Positions 26,891 through 36,229 are shown, counted from the stretch's first letter. The stretch: 64,000 bases of DNA from Mobula hypostoma (GCF_963921235.1 NC_086097.1:189412001-189476000); one strand, 5' to 3'. Numbers and translations: made by a program. Notes: generated from the sequence alone by a model not told the origin.

Positions 26891-27069
26891 GGTTGCTTGT
26901 TGTTTGTGGTAAGAAATTACAGGCGATTGAGGTCTGGAGAAGGTACTTAATATTAACATATTTCAAATATCGATTCCTTCTAAACTAGCTTTGCTTGAGC
27001 ATAGACCTTCAGCCCACAATAGTCATTGTCATAGTAATACTTTATTGATCCCGGGGGAAATTGGTTAAT

Positions 27070-27545
27070 GCGGTGCCATCCTATGTAAAAGTACTCTTTG
27101 ATAAATCTGACACTTCCTCCCACACAGCTCATAATTCTTCATTTTTCTTACATGTGCCAATCTCTCTTATGTGTCCTTATTGTATCAGCCTCTTATTGCA
27201 ATCGTCTGCCGTGTAATCTAGCCACCTACCTGTTTACCTCAAAGTTGAAAGTAAATTATCAAGGTACATCTGCAAACTTACTAGTCCACCTCTCTATTTC
27301 CTTATTAATTTATTTAAAAAAAACACAAAGGGCAGCAGTCCCAGAACAGATCTCTGCAAAACTCCAGGGAGAATGTGCTCCATCTACTACCACCTTATAC
27401 TTCCTGTGTGGGAGGTGAGATCCTAATCTATGCAGCTGAGCTTCCATAGATTCCATGCCTTAGGACTCTCTGGATGAGCCTACCACAGAGAATTTTGTTA
27501 AACATCTTAGCAAAATCCATACACTGTCTGGAAATCTAGACGAGG
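27070..27545 (-). mobile_element. Highly decayed CR1 fragments
   Basis: Residual RT motifs (DFAK.F, LV.FAD) and a 3'-UTR-like segment. Confidence 0.45.
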
Positions 27546-27609
27546 TTTGACCTAAATGCAGAGCAGTGGAGGTGATTTAGCAGTGCACTATAGTTTTAAT
27601 AATGAACTA

Positions 27610-29250
27610 TTAATAACAGAAAGCTCGCCAGAAGTGAGAGATGAGTTTGGGGCACTGACACAATGCAGACATCCCAACTCTCCCGGAGATTCCTGGAGTC
27701 TCCTGCATATTGATAGCGGCTCCCTGGTGCCCGCAAGTTATATACAATATCCCGGAAATCGATTTTTTTTGAGAGCAAGCAAGCGAGAGGGAGAGAGGGA
27801 GAGACAGAGAGAGCGAGTGACAGATGTAGCGAGAGAGTGACAGAGAGAGCATCCTGATTGGTCTCTCTTTGTGCTAAGTAGACCTATCAGTTTTCTCTGT
27901 GGGCAGGCTTTACAGGTGACCTCTCTCTCTTTCATTATCCATCAGTTCAGTTTAGTGTCCTGCAGCGCCATGGCAGAGTGTTCCAAAAAAAGAAAATATA
28001 AAACGTACTTCACCCCAGACTACACTAAAGTGTACTCCTGCCTAATAGGGGTCAAAAATAATGACAGTGTTGCTCGCTGCACTGTTTGCAACAGTGACTT
28101 TTCTATTGCCCATGGTGGGTTAAATGACTGTAAAAGACATGTTGAGGTGAGTTTAACAGGTGTCATTCGTTCATTAGCATAGCTAACATTATTTAAACTA
28201 GCTGGCTAATATTACATAAGACAATATAATAAGGATACACCTTATGCTTTTATTTGTTTTAGGGACCACAACATATTAGGGAGGCTAATCACAGGGAAGG
28301 CTTATGCTCAAGTACTTCACAGTTCTTTTCAGCAGAAAACCAAACTCTGATAGAGAAGGTCACTAGAGCTGAGGTGTACTTTACATCTTTCATTGTTGAG
28401 CATAACCTGCCATTCCAGGTGTGTCAACACACAGGCAAGCTATTCAGGAAAATGTTTTCTGATTCAGAAATAGCAAAAAAACTATGCCTGCTCATCAACC
28501 AAGAAGCTATTGTCACATCACAGTACAAGGAAAGTTTGCAAAAGAAATAGAAAAGCTATTTGCATTAGCATTTAGCTATTAGCATTGAGACTGCCAACAA
28601 AATACTCAACAAGAAATATATATATATGTGTGTGTGTGTGTGTGTAAATAGTTTCAATATGTGATCAAATAAATTGTTGTGTTCTTTCATAATCAAATGT
28701 CCTGTATACTTACACCCTTGGAGATTGACAGGGTGGCGGGGTGGATATGGGGTTGCGGGGGGTGGGGGTGGTGGTGCTATCTCCCTGAAATGAGTTTTTG
28801 CAGGGTGGGATGTCTGCACAATGTCTTGAGGGAAACCATGGAGACAAACTAAATGTTGGAGAATCAGATCCACTGTCTTCGCAGTTGACGGAAGCTTGGG
28901 GATGGCAATGAAGTGGGCCACCTTGGAGAACTGGTCCACCAAAGTGATGATCACTATGGCCTCATCGGAAGGTGGCAAACCACTGATGAAATTAATGTGG
29001 GAACATGTGTCAAGGGATCAGCAGGGGCCACAAGAACCCAGAGCTGTTTGGAGGAATTGAACTGGGCCCATTGAGAGCAGGCAACGATGAACTGACATAT
29101 ATCTGCAGTCATGGTGGGCCAACAGAGCTGGTATTGAAGAAGTACAGAGTCTGTGTGCACCTATATGGCCAGAGAGGGGTGAGGAGAGAATCCATTGCAG
29201 ACTTTATTGTGTTTAGCAAACAACCTAGTCAGCACAGCCACATCCACTCC
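27610..29250 (-). mobile_element. Ty3/Gypsy integrase relic, split by a hAT-like insertion (27666-28816)
   Basis: WPTMTADICQFIVACSQWAQ (Zn-binding region) and VDQFSKVAHFIAIPKLP..LHGFPQDIV; resumes with SHFWRAFC left of 27665. Confidence 0.8.
27666..28816 (+). mobile_element. hAT-like DNA transposon, internal-deletion derivative, with a spliced transposase N-terminus (exons 27970-28146 and 28263-~28503)
   Basis: TIR CAGACATCCCA at both ends and duplicated flank CACAATG (27659-27665, 28817-28823). Zn finger CTVC..HGG..D..RHVE|GPQH spans a GT-AG intron (28147-28262), then VTRAEV..F..EHNLPF..H...LFRKMFSDSEIAK. Confidence 0.85.
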
Positions 29251-29384
29251 AACCATCAGGGACTGGAGTCAGGATGGTGTGAATGCATTACTTTGTCAGC
29301 AGCTCCCAGGAGTGTCAGCGAGACACAAGCAAGACTGTGGTCAGGTGAAGACAGACTCTCTTAAAATAAAGTAAGATCTGAATA

Positions 29385-29860
29385 AGCTCAATAACTAGTG
29401 CCCCATAAAGTTGATGTACTGATGGCTGTCCATAGTATAGTGAAGGAATTAAAATACCAGGGAATGATACTAAGAGAGACCTCGTTAAACACTAACTCAC
29501 CTATATGACCAGTAAAGAAATTGGATGGATCATATTGGTTGATAGTAGGCTACATCGTCCTCAATAAGACCATGGCAAGAGGTCCTACCACAATCCTGAA
29601 CAGTCTGTGCCCAGAAAACCTTCACAGCACTGGATTTTGTGATCTGCCATTAGCACAAGTCCCAAGAGTGAGTTGCCTTCACCCTAAGTGGGCAGCAGTA
29701 GATATATAGACCAGACTGCCTCAGGGATTCAACAATAGGTTAGCCATTTTTCATAAAGGCATAGCACAGATGTTGGAAAAGCTCAACCTGACCCTCTATT
29801 ACATGACCATTCTACAATTGTAGATGATTTACTAATTGCCTTAGAGAATAAGGCAAGTCA
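29385..29860 (+). pseudogene. Endogenous retrovirus-like reverse transcriptase relic
   Basis: NSPI*PVKKLDGSYWLIVGYIVLNK, TRLPQGFNNRLAIFH and (Y)VDDLLIA across stops and frameshifts. Confidence 0.65.
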
Positions 29861-30265
29861 TAGCTGGAAATAACTAATATTTTATAAATCTGTTTTTTCA
29901 TGAATTGTTTCAGTGAGTGAACTTTGAGTCCTCACTGGATTACTTAAAGACAAGTAGGAAGAATTATGGAGGATTATTACAAAATTACAACCTAAAATTC
30001 AGACCAATACATCTGTTTCCAACATGAGCAACAGGATAGATATAATTGCTGAAAGTGCAACCTACACATTTTATGTATGTGGTAATTTAACAGCTTAATA
30101 AAGATACTGTATATGGATTTTCCCTTAGCACAAAGCATGCTCTGTAATGTACCAAGCAATATAAACTCAGTTAGCACAAAATAATCTGCAGATGCTGTTG
30201 TCAAAGGAACACTCACAATGCGCTGGAGGAATTCAGCAGGTCAGTCAGCATCAGTTGAAAAGATT

Positions 30266-30301
30266 AGTCGACATTTTGGGCCGAAACCCTTCGTCAGGAC
30301 T
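30266..30301 (-). ncRNA. Minimal type-I hammerhead ribozyme motif, core mutated (GAAA to AAAA)
   Basis: AGTC-CTGACGA-AGGGTTTCGGCCC-AAAA-TGTC-GACT, ~180 nt downstream of the PLE stop codon. Confidence 0.6.
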
Positions 30302-30483
30302 GAAGGAAGAACTTTGGGGAGGGTTTGAAGAATGCTGGTAGTTGAAAAAAACAGTAATTTGAAAGACAAAGGGGTGGGGAAGGGGAAGCAGGGAGGTGAT
30401 TGGCATGAGAACAATTGTAGAAGGAGGCGGAACAATGAGGGAGGTGATGTGAAATAGAGATAGAGGAAGGGAGGGGGAGGGAA

Positions 30484-32136
30484 TTACCGGAAGTTGGAGA
30501 ATTCTATGTTCATACCAAGGGGCTGGAGACTACCTAGACGGTATATGAGCTGTTGCTCCTCCAACCTGAGTTTAGCCTCATCATGGCAGTAGAGGAGGCC
30601 ATGTATGGACATATCTGAATGGGAATGGGAAGCAGAGTTGAAGTGGGTGGCTACCGGGAGATCCTGTCTGTTGTGGTGGACAGAGTGGAGGTGCTCGACC
30701 AAGCAGTCCCCCAATCTGCGTCGGGTTTCACCAATGTAGAGGAGGCCGCACCAGGAGCACCGGATGCAATAGATGACCCCAACAGATTCGCAAGTGAAGT
30801 GTTGCCTCACCTGGAAGGACTGTTTGGGGCCCTGAATGGTGGCAAGAGAGGAGGTGTAGGGACAGGTGTAGCACTTACGCTTACAGGGATAAGTGCCAGG
30901 TGGGAGATCCGTGGGAATGGATGTGCGGACAAGTGAGTCGCGGAGGGATCCATCCCTGTGGAAAGTGGAGAGGGGTGGAGAAGGAAAGATGTGCTTAGTG
31001 GTGGGGTCCTGTTGAAGGTGGCAGAAGTTGCGGAGGATAATGTACTGGATCCGGAGGCTGGTGGGATGGTAGGTGAGGACAAGGGGAACTCTGTCCCTGT
31101 TGCGGTGGCGGGAAGATGGGGTGAGGGCCGAAGTGTGGGAAATGGAGGGAATGCTGGTGAGGGCATCATTGATCACCGTAGAAGGGAAACCATGATCCTT
31201 AAAGAAAGAGGATATTTGAGATGTCCTGGAATGGAAAGCCTCATCCTCGGAGCAGATGAGGCGGAGATGGAGGAACTGGGAATAGGGAATGGCATTTTTA
31301 CATGTGGCGGGGTGGGAAGAGGTATAGTCGAGGTAGTTATGAGAATCAGTGGGCTTGTAGAAGATGTCAGTGGGCAGTCTGTCTCCAGAGATGGAGACCG
31401 AGACATCGAGAAAGGGGAGAGAAGTGTCAGAGATAGACCAAGTGAATTTGAGGGCTGGGTGGAAGTTTGAAGTAAAATCGATGAAATTGACAAGCTCAGC
31501 ATGGGTGCAGGAAGCAGCACCAATGTAGTCGTCAATGTATCGAAGGAAAAGTTGGGGAGCAGTACCAGAATAGGTTTGGAGCACAGACTGTTCCACATAA
31601 TCAATGAAGAGGCAGGCGTAGCTGGGTCCCATGCAAGTTCCCATAGCTACACCCTTAGTCTGAAGAAAGTGGGAAGAGCCAAAAGAGAAGTTATTAAGTG
31701 TGAGAACCAGTTCCGCCAACCGGAGGAGGGTAGTAGGGGTGGGGAACTGGTGAGGTCTATTATCCAGGAAGTAGCGGAGGGCTTTGAGGCCTTCTTGATG
31801 GGGAATGGAGGTGTATAAGGATTGGACATCCATAGTAAAAATGTAGTGGCTGGGACCGGGGAACTGGAAGTTATTGAAGAGGTGGAGGGCATGGGATGTA
31901 TCGCGGATGTAGGTGGGGAGGGACTGAACTGTGGGTGACAAAATGGAGTCCAGGTAGGCAGATGCAAGTTCAGTTGGACAGGAGCAGGCAGAAACTATGG
32001 GTCTACCGGGACAGTCAGGCTTGTGTATCTTTGGGAGGAGGTAAAACCGAGCGGTACGGGATGTGGAAATAATGAGTTTAGCGGCTGAGGATGGAAGGTC
32101 TCCGGAGTTGATAAGGGTGGTGATTGTGCGGGACAC
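30484..32136 (-). CDS. PLE reverse transcriptase + GIY-YIG endonuclease (N-terminally truncated open frame, 550 aa)
   Basis: FYLLPKIHK..PGRPIVS, MDVQSLYTSI, GVAMGTCMGPSYACLF, RYIDD, Cys-rich linker CKRKCYTC, VIYCIRCSWCGLLYIGET..VEH, and C-terminal LGSLQPLGMN. Confidence 0.9.
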   Translation of the reverse strand: MSRTITTLINSGDLPSSAAKLIISTSRTARFYLLPKIHKPDCPGRPIVSACSCPTELASAYLDSILSPTVQSLPTYIRDTSHALHLFNNFQFPGPSHYIFTMDVQSLYTSIPHQEGLKALRYFLDNRPHQFPTPTTLLRLAELVLTLNNFSFGSSHFLQTKGVAMGTCMGPSYACLFIDYVEQSVLQTYSGTAPQLFLRYIDDYIGAASCTHAELVNFIDFTSNFHPALKFTWSISDTSLPFLDVSVSISGDRLPTDIFYKPTDSHNYLDYTSSHPATCKNAIPYSQFLHLRLICSEDEAFHSRTSQISSFFKDHGFPSTVINDALTSIPSISHTSALTPSSRHRNRDRVPLVLTYHPTSLRIQYIILRNFCHLQQDPTTKHIFPSPPLSTFHRDGSLRDSLVRTSIPTDLPPGTYPCKRKCYTCPYTSSLATIQGPKQSFQVRQHFTCESVGVIYCIRCSWCGLLYIGETRRRLGDCLVEHLHSVHHNRQDLPVATHFNSASHSHSDMSIHGLLYCHDEAKLRLEEQQLIYRLGSLQPLGMNIEFSNFR

Positions 32137-32635
32137 AATGGTTTGATGTTTTTTGGTGGGGTCCTGTTCCGGGGTAAGGTCAAGTTTAGATATTCAGAGC
32201 GAGAGACTGCATAAGAAATTTGCTACAAATCCCCAACTGCAAAGAGACTTAAAGAATCAAAATGTGCAGTTTTATTGAACTTTGCCTCCTTCTGAAAAAA
32301 ATTAAAGGCCCCATATGTATATTCAATCACATTTAGTATTTAAAGAAACTACACATAATACAAGGGCATCTTCAAATGTGATTGAGATACTAATGACCTT
32401 GTGAAGTGAGGAATCTTTCATAAATCATATGTTCATGGTCATTACATTTGCTTGACAGTGAGTGAAGCAGAAAATTTAAATTAGTAAGATTCAAGACAGT
32501 AGTTTAAATCCACAAGGTGTGACTGATCAGCTTATTCCACATTGCCGCTTGTCCAAAACAAGCTAATTTTAACTCAATCAGCTTCCTCATTGCCAATAGA
32601 ATCTTTTTTTTTTGAGTTTCTATGCTACTTTTGAG

Positions 32636-32840
32636 ATTTTTTTTTAGCCCGAGTGGAGTCATCAGGACGCCATCATGACAGCGTTTTTTTAGCAGGCTTT
32701 CTTATTTTTACAAGGCTGAGTTGCTAGCTCGACGCTCAACCCAACACAGATGGAAAGCGTGCCGGGGGAGCCAGCTGGATTCGAACTCGGGAGCCTTCAC
32801 TTCAAAGTTCGGTGCTGATGCCACTACACCACCAGCTGGC
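32636..32840 (-). mobile_element. tRNA-derived SINE, full length, with poly(A) tail and TSD
   Basis: Minus-strand head GCCAGCTGGTGGTGTAGTGG (A-box) and GAGTTCGAATCC (B-box), A-tail at 32637-32645, and TSD TACTTTTGAG (32626-32635, 32841-32850). Confidence 0.85.
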
Positions 32841-32859
32841 TACTTTTGAGGACCCAGGT

Positions 32860-33345
32860 CAGACCCCACTTGGAGTACTGTGCTCACTTCTGATTGCCTC
32901 ACTATAGGAAGGACGTGGAAACCATAAAAAGGGTGCAGAGGAGATTTGCAAGGATGTTGCCTGGATTGGGGAGCATGCCTTATGAGAATAGATTGAGTGA
33001 ACTCAGCCTTTAATCCTTGGAGCGACGGAGGATGAGAGGTGATTTGATAGAGGTGTACAAGATAATGAGAGGCATTAATTGTGTGGATAGTAGAGGCTTT
33101 TTCCCAGGGCTGAAAGGGCTAGCACGAGAGGGCATAGTTTTACAGTGCTTAGAAGTAGGTACAGAGGAGATGTAAGGGGTAAGTTTTTTTACACAGAGAG
33201 TGGTGAGTGCATGGAATGGGCTGCCGGTGGTGGCAGTGGAGGCGAAAATGATAGGGTCTTTTAAGAAACTCCTGGATAGGTACATGTTCAGCACAGCTTT
33301 GTGGGCTGAAGGACCTGTATTGTGCTGTATGTTTTCTATGTTTCT
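32860..33345 (+). mobile_element. CR1 LINE 3' end
   Basis: CCCCACTTGGAGTACTGTG..GAGAGGTGATTTGATAGAGGTGTACAAG and a (TTTCTATG) tail. Confidence 0.85.
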
Positions 33346-33461
33346 ATATATTCTATACGCTATAATTTTAAGCCAATAATTATTTTCAAGTATTATCTAA
33401 GTGGGCAAGTTTTTCTGGAAGTTGCCATCTATGTCAAAGAAATCAGCTCACAAACTACAGC

Positions 33462-33606
33462 ACAAACACAAGGAAATCTGCAGATGCTGGAATTTCAAGC
33501 AACACACATCTGACCCTTCGTCAGGTCTCGGCCCGAATCATCGACTGTACCTCTTCCTAGAGATGCTGCCTAGCCTGCTGCATTCACCTGTAACTTTTAT
33601 GTGTGT
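33462..33606. mobile_element. Internally deleted fold-back PLE-terminus insertion, ~14-bp TSD
   Basis: Same termini as the 4910 and 34015 elements. The strand switch lies in hammerhead sequence (GACCCTTCGTCAG|GTCTCGGCCCGAA). Flanks are AGCTCACAAACTAC (33445-33458) and AGCTCACAAAATAC (33607-33620). Confidence 0.75.
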
Positions 33607-34014
33607 AGCTCACAAAATACTGTTGGGCTGAATGCTATAATTTTGCTGATTTTCAAAGTCGGAGCATCCACCTTAGCAATGTCATAAATTTACCTGTTGC
33701 AACTGGACAAACTGATAATCTGTGAACTAAAAAGTAACAAAAAGAGATATTATGGATGTGATGGGAGAGGACTTCGATACAATAGCGCTCTCTGAAGAGG
33801 TAATGCTGAGCAAACTCGTGGGCCTGAAGATAGATAAGTCCCCTGGTCCTGATGGAATGCATTCCAGGGTACTAAAAGAAATGGCAGAAGTTATAGTAGA
33901 GGTTTTGGTGATGATATACCAAAATTTTCTGGATACTGGGCAGATTGGAAGATGGTGGATGTCACACCGCTTTTCAAAAAAGGATGTAGGCAAAAGACAG
34001 GTAACTGTAGGCCA

Positions 34015-34240
34015 AACAACAGGAATTCTGCAGATGCTGGAAATTCAAGCAACATACATCAAAGTTGCTGGTGAACGCAGCAGGCCAAGCAGCATCTATA
34101 GGAAGAGGTGCAGTCGACGTTTCAGGCCGAGACCCTTCGTCAGGACTGACGAAGGGTTTCGGCCTGAAACGTCGACTGCACCTCTTCCTATAGATGCTGC
34201 TTGGCCTGCTGCGTTCACCAGCAACTTTGATGTATGTTGT
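34015..34240. mobile_element. Near-perfect fold-back PLE-terminus insertion with two opposed hammerhead motifs, 13-bp TSD
   Basis: Arms 34050-34143 and 34146-34239 (94 bp, one mismatch seen), 2-nt centre, and an unpaired 35-nt tail at 34015-34049. TSD TAACTGTAGGCCA at 34002-34014 and 34241-34253. Confidence 0.92.
34111..34148 (-). ncRNA. Minimal type-I hammerhead ribozyme, intact core
   Basis: CAGUC-CUGACGA-AGGGUCUCGGCCU-GAAA-CGUC-GACUG: 5-bp stem I, CUGANGA and GAAA boxes, stem II AGG/CCU, vestigial palindromic stem III (ACGU), and GUC cleavage triplet (predicted cut between 34116 and 34115). Confidence 0.78.
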
Positions 34241-35654
34241 TAACTGTAGGCCAGTTAGTTTAACGTCTGTAGTTGGGAAAATGCTTGAATCTATCATTAA
34301 AGAATAAATAGCAAGGCATCTGGAAAAAAATGGATCCATCAGGCAGATGCAGCATGGATTCAGCAAAGGCAGGTCCTGTTTGACAAACTTACTGGAGTTC
34401 TTTGAGGATATAATAAGCGCAGTGGATAGAGGGGAACAGATGGACGTTATTGATTTGGATTTCCAGAAGGTGTTCGATAAGGTGCCACATAAAAGACATC
34501 CATAACATAAGGATGCATAGAGTTGGGGATGTTGTATTAGTATAGGTAGAGGATTGGTTAACTAATAGAAAGCAGAGAGTTGGGATATGTGGGTGTTGCT
34601 CTGGTTGGAAATCAGTAGTGAGCAGTGTGCTGCTGGGGTCGGTGCTGGACCCACAACTCTTCACAATATACATTAAAGATCTGGAAGAGGGGACCGAGTG
34701 TAGTGTATCTAAGTTTTCTGATGATACTAAATTGAGTGGAAAAGCAAATTCTGCAGAAGATATGTAGGGTCTCCAGAGAGATATAGATAGGTTAAGTGAG
34801 TGGGCAAAGGACCGGCAGATGGAGTACAATGTTGGTAAATGTGAAGTCATCCACTTTGGAAGGAAAAATGAAAGAGCAGATTATTATTTAAATGGTAAAA
34901 AATTGCAGCATGCTGCTGTGCAGAGGGACTTGGGAGTGTTTGTACATGAATTACAAAAGGTTGGTTTGCGGGTGAAGCAGGCTATCAAGAGGGCAAATGG
35001 AATGTGGGCCTTCATTGCTAGAGGTTTTGAATTTAAGAGCAGGGAGGTTATGCTTCAACTGTACAGGGTACTAGTGAAGCCACACCTGGAGTACTGCGTG
35101 CAGTTCTGGTCTCCTTACTTGAAGAAGGATATACTGGCTTTGGAGGAGGTGCAGAAGAGGTTTACCAGGTTGATTCCAGAGATGAAGGTGTTAGACTATG
35201 AGGAGAGATTGAGTCGCCTGGGACTGTATTCACTAGAATTCAAAAGATTGAGAGGAGATCATATCGAAATATATAAAATTAAGGGATAGATAATATAGAG
35301 GAAGGAAAGTTGTTTCCAGTGGTAGGTGAAACTGCAATCAGGGGACATAGCCTCAAGATTCGGGGGAGTAGATTTAGGACGGAGATGAGGAGGAACTGCT
35401 TTTCCCAGGGAGTGGTGAATCTGGAATTCTCTGCCCAATGAAGTAGTGGAGGCTACCTCAGTAAATATATTTAAGACAAGGTTGGATAAACTTTTGCATA
35501 GTAGGGAAGTTAAGGGTTATTGGGAAAAGGCAGGCAGGTGGAGATGAGTCCATGGCCAGATCAGCCATGATCTTACTGAATGGTGGCACATACTCGACGG
35601 GCCAGATGGACTACTCCTGCTCCTATTACTTATGTTCTCATGTTCTTATATAAT

Positions 35655-35810
35655 ACGTCTTTGGACTGGGGGAGGACACCGGAGCACCCAGGGAAAACCC
35701 ATACATACCACACGGAGGGTGTACAAACGCCTCACAGAGGATGCTGGGAGTGAACTCCAAACTCCAATGTTCTGAAGTGTAATAACGTCATGCTAACCAT
35801 TACACTATCT
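35655..35810 (-). mobile_element. V-SINE (HE1-like) remnant
   Basis: GTCTTTGGACTGGGGGAGGACACCGGAGCACCCAGGGAAAACCCA core. Confidence 0.6.
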
Positions 35811-36229
35811 TGGAACATATACAGAGAATAAAATATCATTAGAACACAGAAATGAATTTAATGTAAATTAATTTGCTTAAAAGGATCAGGAACTAAAACA
35901 TCAAATACATGGAATTGTGAAATAATTATGCTAAAGATATTTGACATTAAGTATTTTTAATCAAAGATAGAGAAATTATTCAGTGGTAATTATGGCTTTG
36001 TATTCCAATTGAAACCCACTCTCATTCAATGAGATATAAATATTAATTCTGTTCAAAGTGTCAATGGTGTCCACCCTGATCATTCCCTCTTCCCTTCTCC
36101 AGTCTAGCAGAAGATACAAGAGTTTGTGAGTGTACCACTTGATACAAGGGGTAACTTCTAACCTGCTGTTATAAGATTCTTGAATGGATCTCTCAAACCA
36201 AAAATATAAACAATTGGTTGAAAGGCTTT

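Larger units (their letters stand above)
30172..32180 (-). mobile_element. Penelope-like retroelement (Neptune-type), 5'-truncated, with 3' pseudo-LTR
   Basis: Contains the 550-aa RT+GIY-YIG ORF followed by a pyrimidine-rich spacer, a hammerhead-like motif and the CAGCATCTGCAGA tail shared with other PLE copies. Confidence 0.92.
33745..35650 (+). mobile_element. CR1 LINE (5'-truncated ORF2 + 3' UTR) interrupted by the fold-back element
   Basis: LKIDKSPGPDGMHSRVLKE, GNCRP|VSLT split by the insertion, MEYNVGKCEVIHFG, LVKPHLEYCVQFWSP, and TATGTTC tail repeats. Confidence 0.9.

Noticed and set aside
30619..31818. Several plus-strand ORFs of 100-170 aa
   Set aside because: Antisense shadows of the PLE ORF with no recognisable domain.
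32646..32690. CTGATGA on the minus strand in the SINE 3' part as a possible hammerhead or C/D-box motif
   Set aside because: No correctly placed GAAA, stems or partner box.
32770..32840. Possible tRNA gene
   Set aside because: The A/B boxes belong to a SINE head followed by a body, an A-tail and a TSD.
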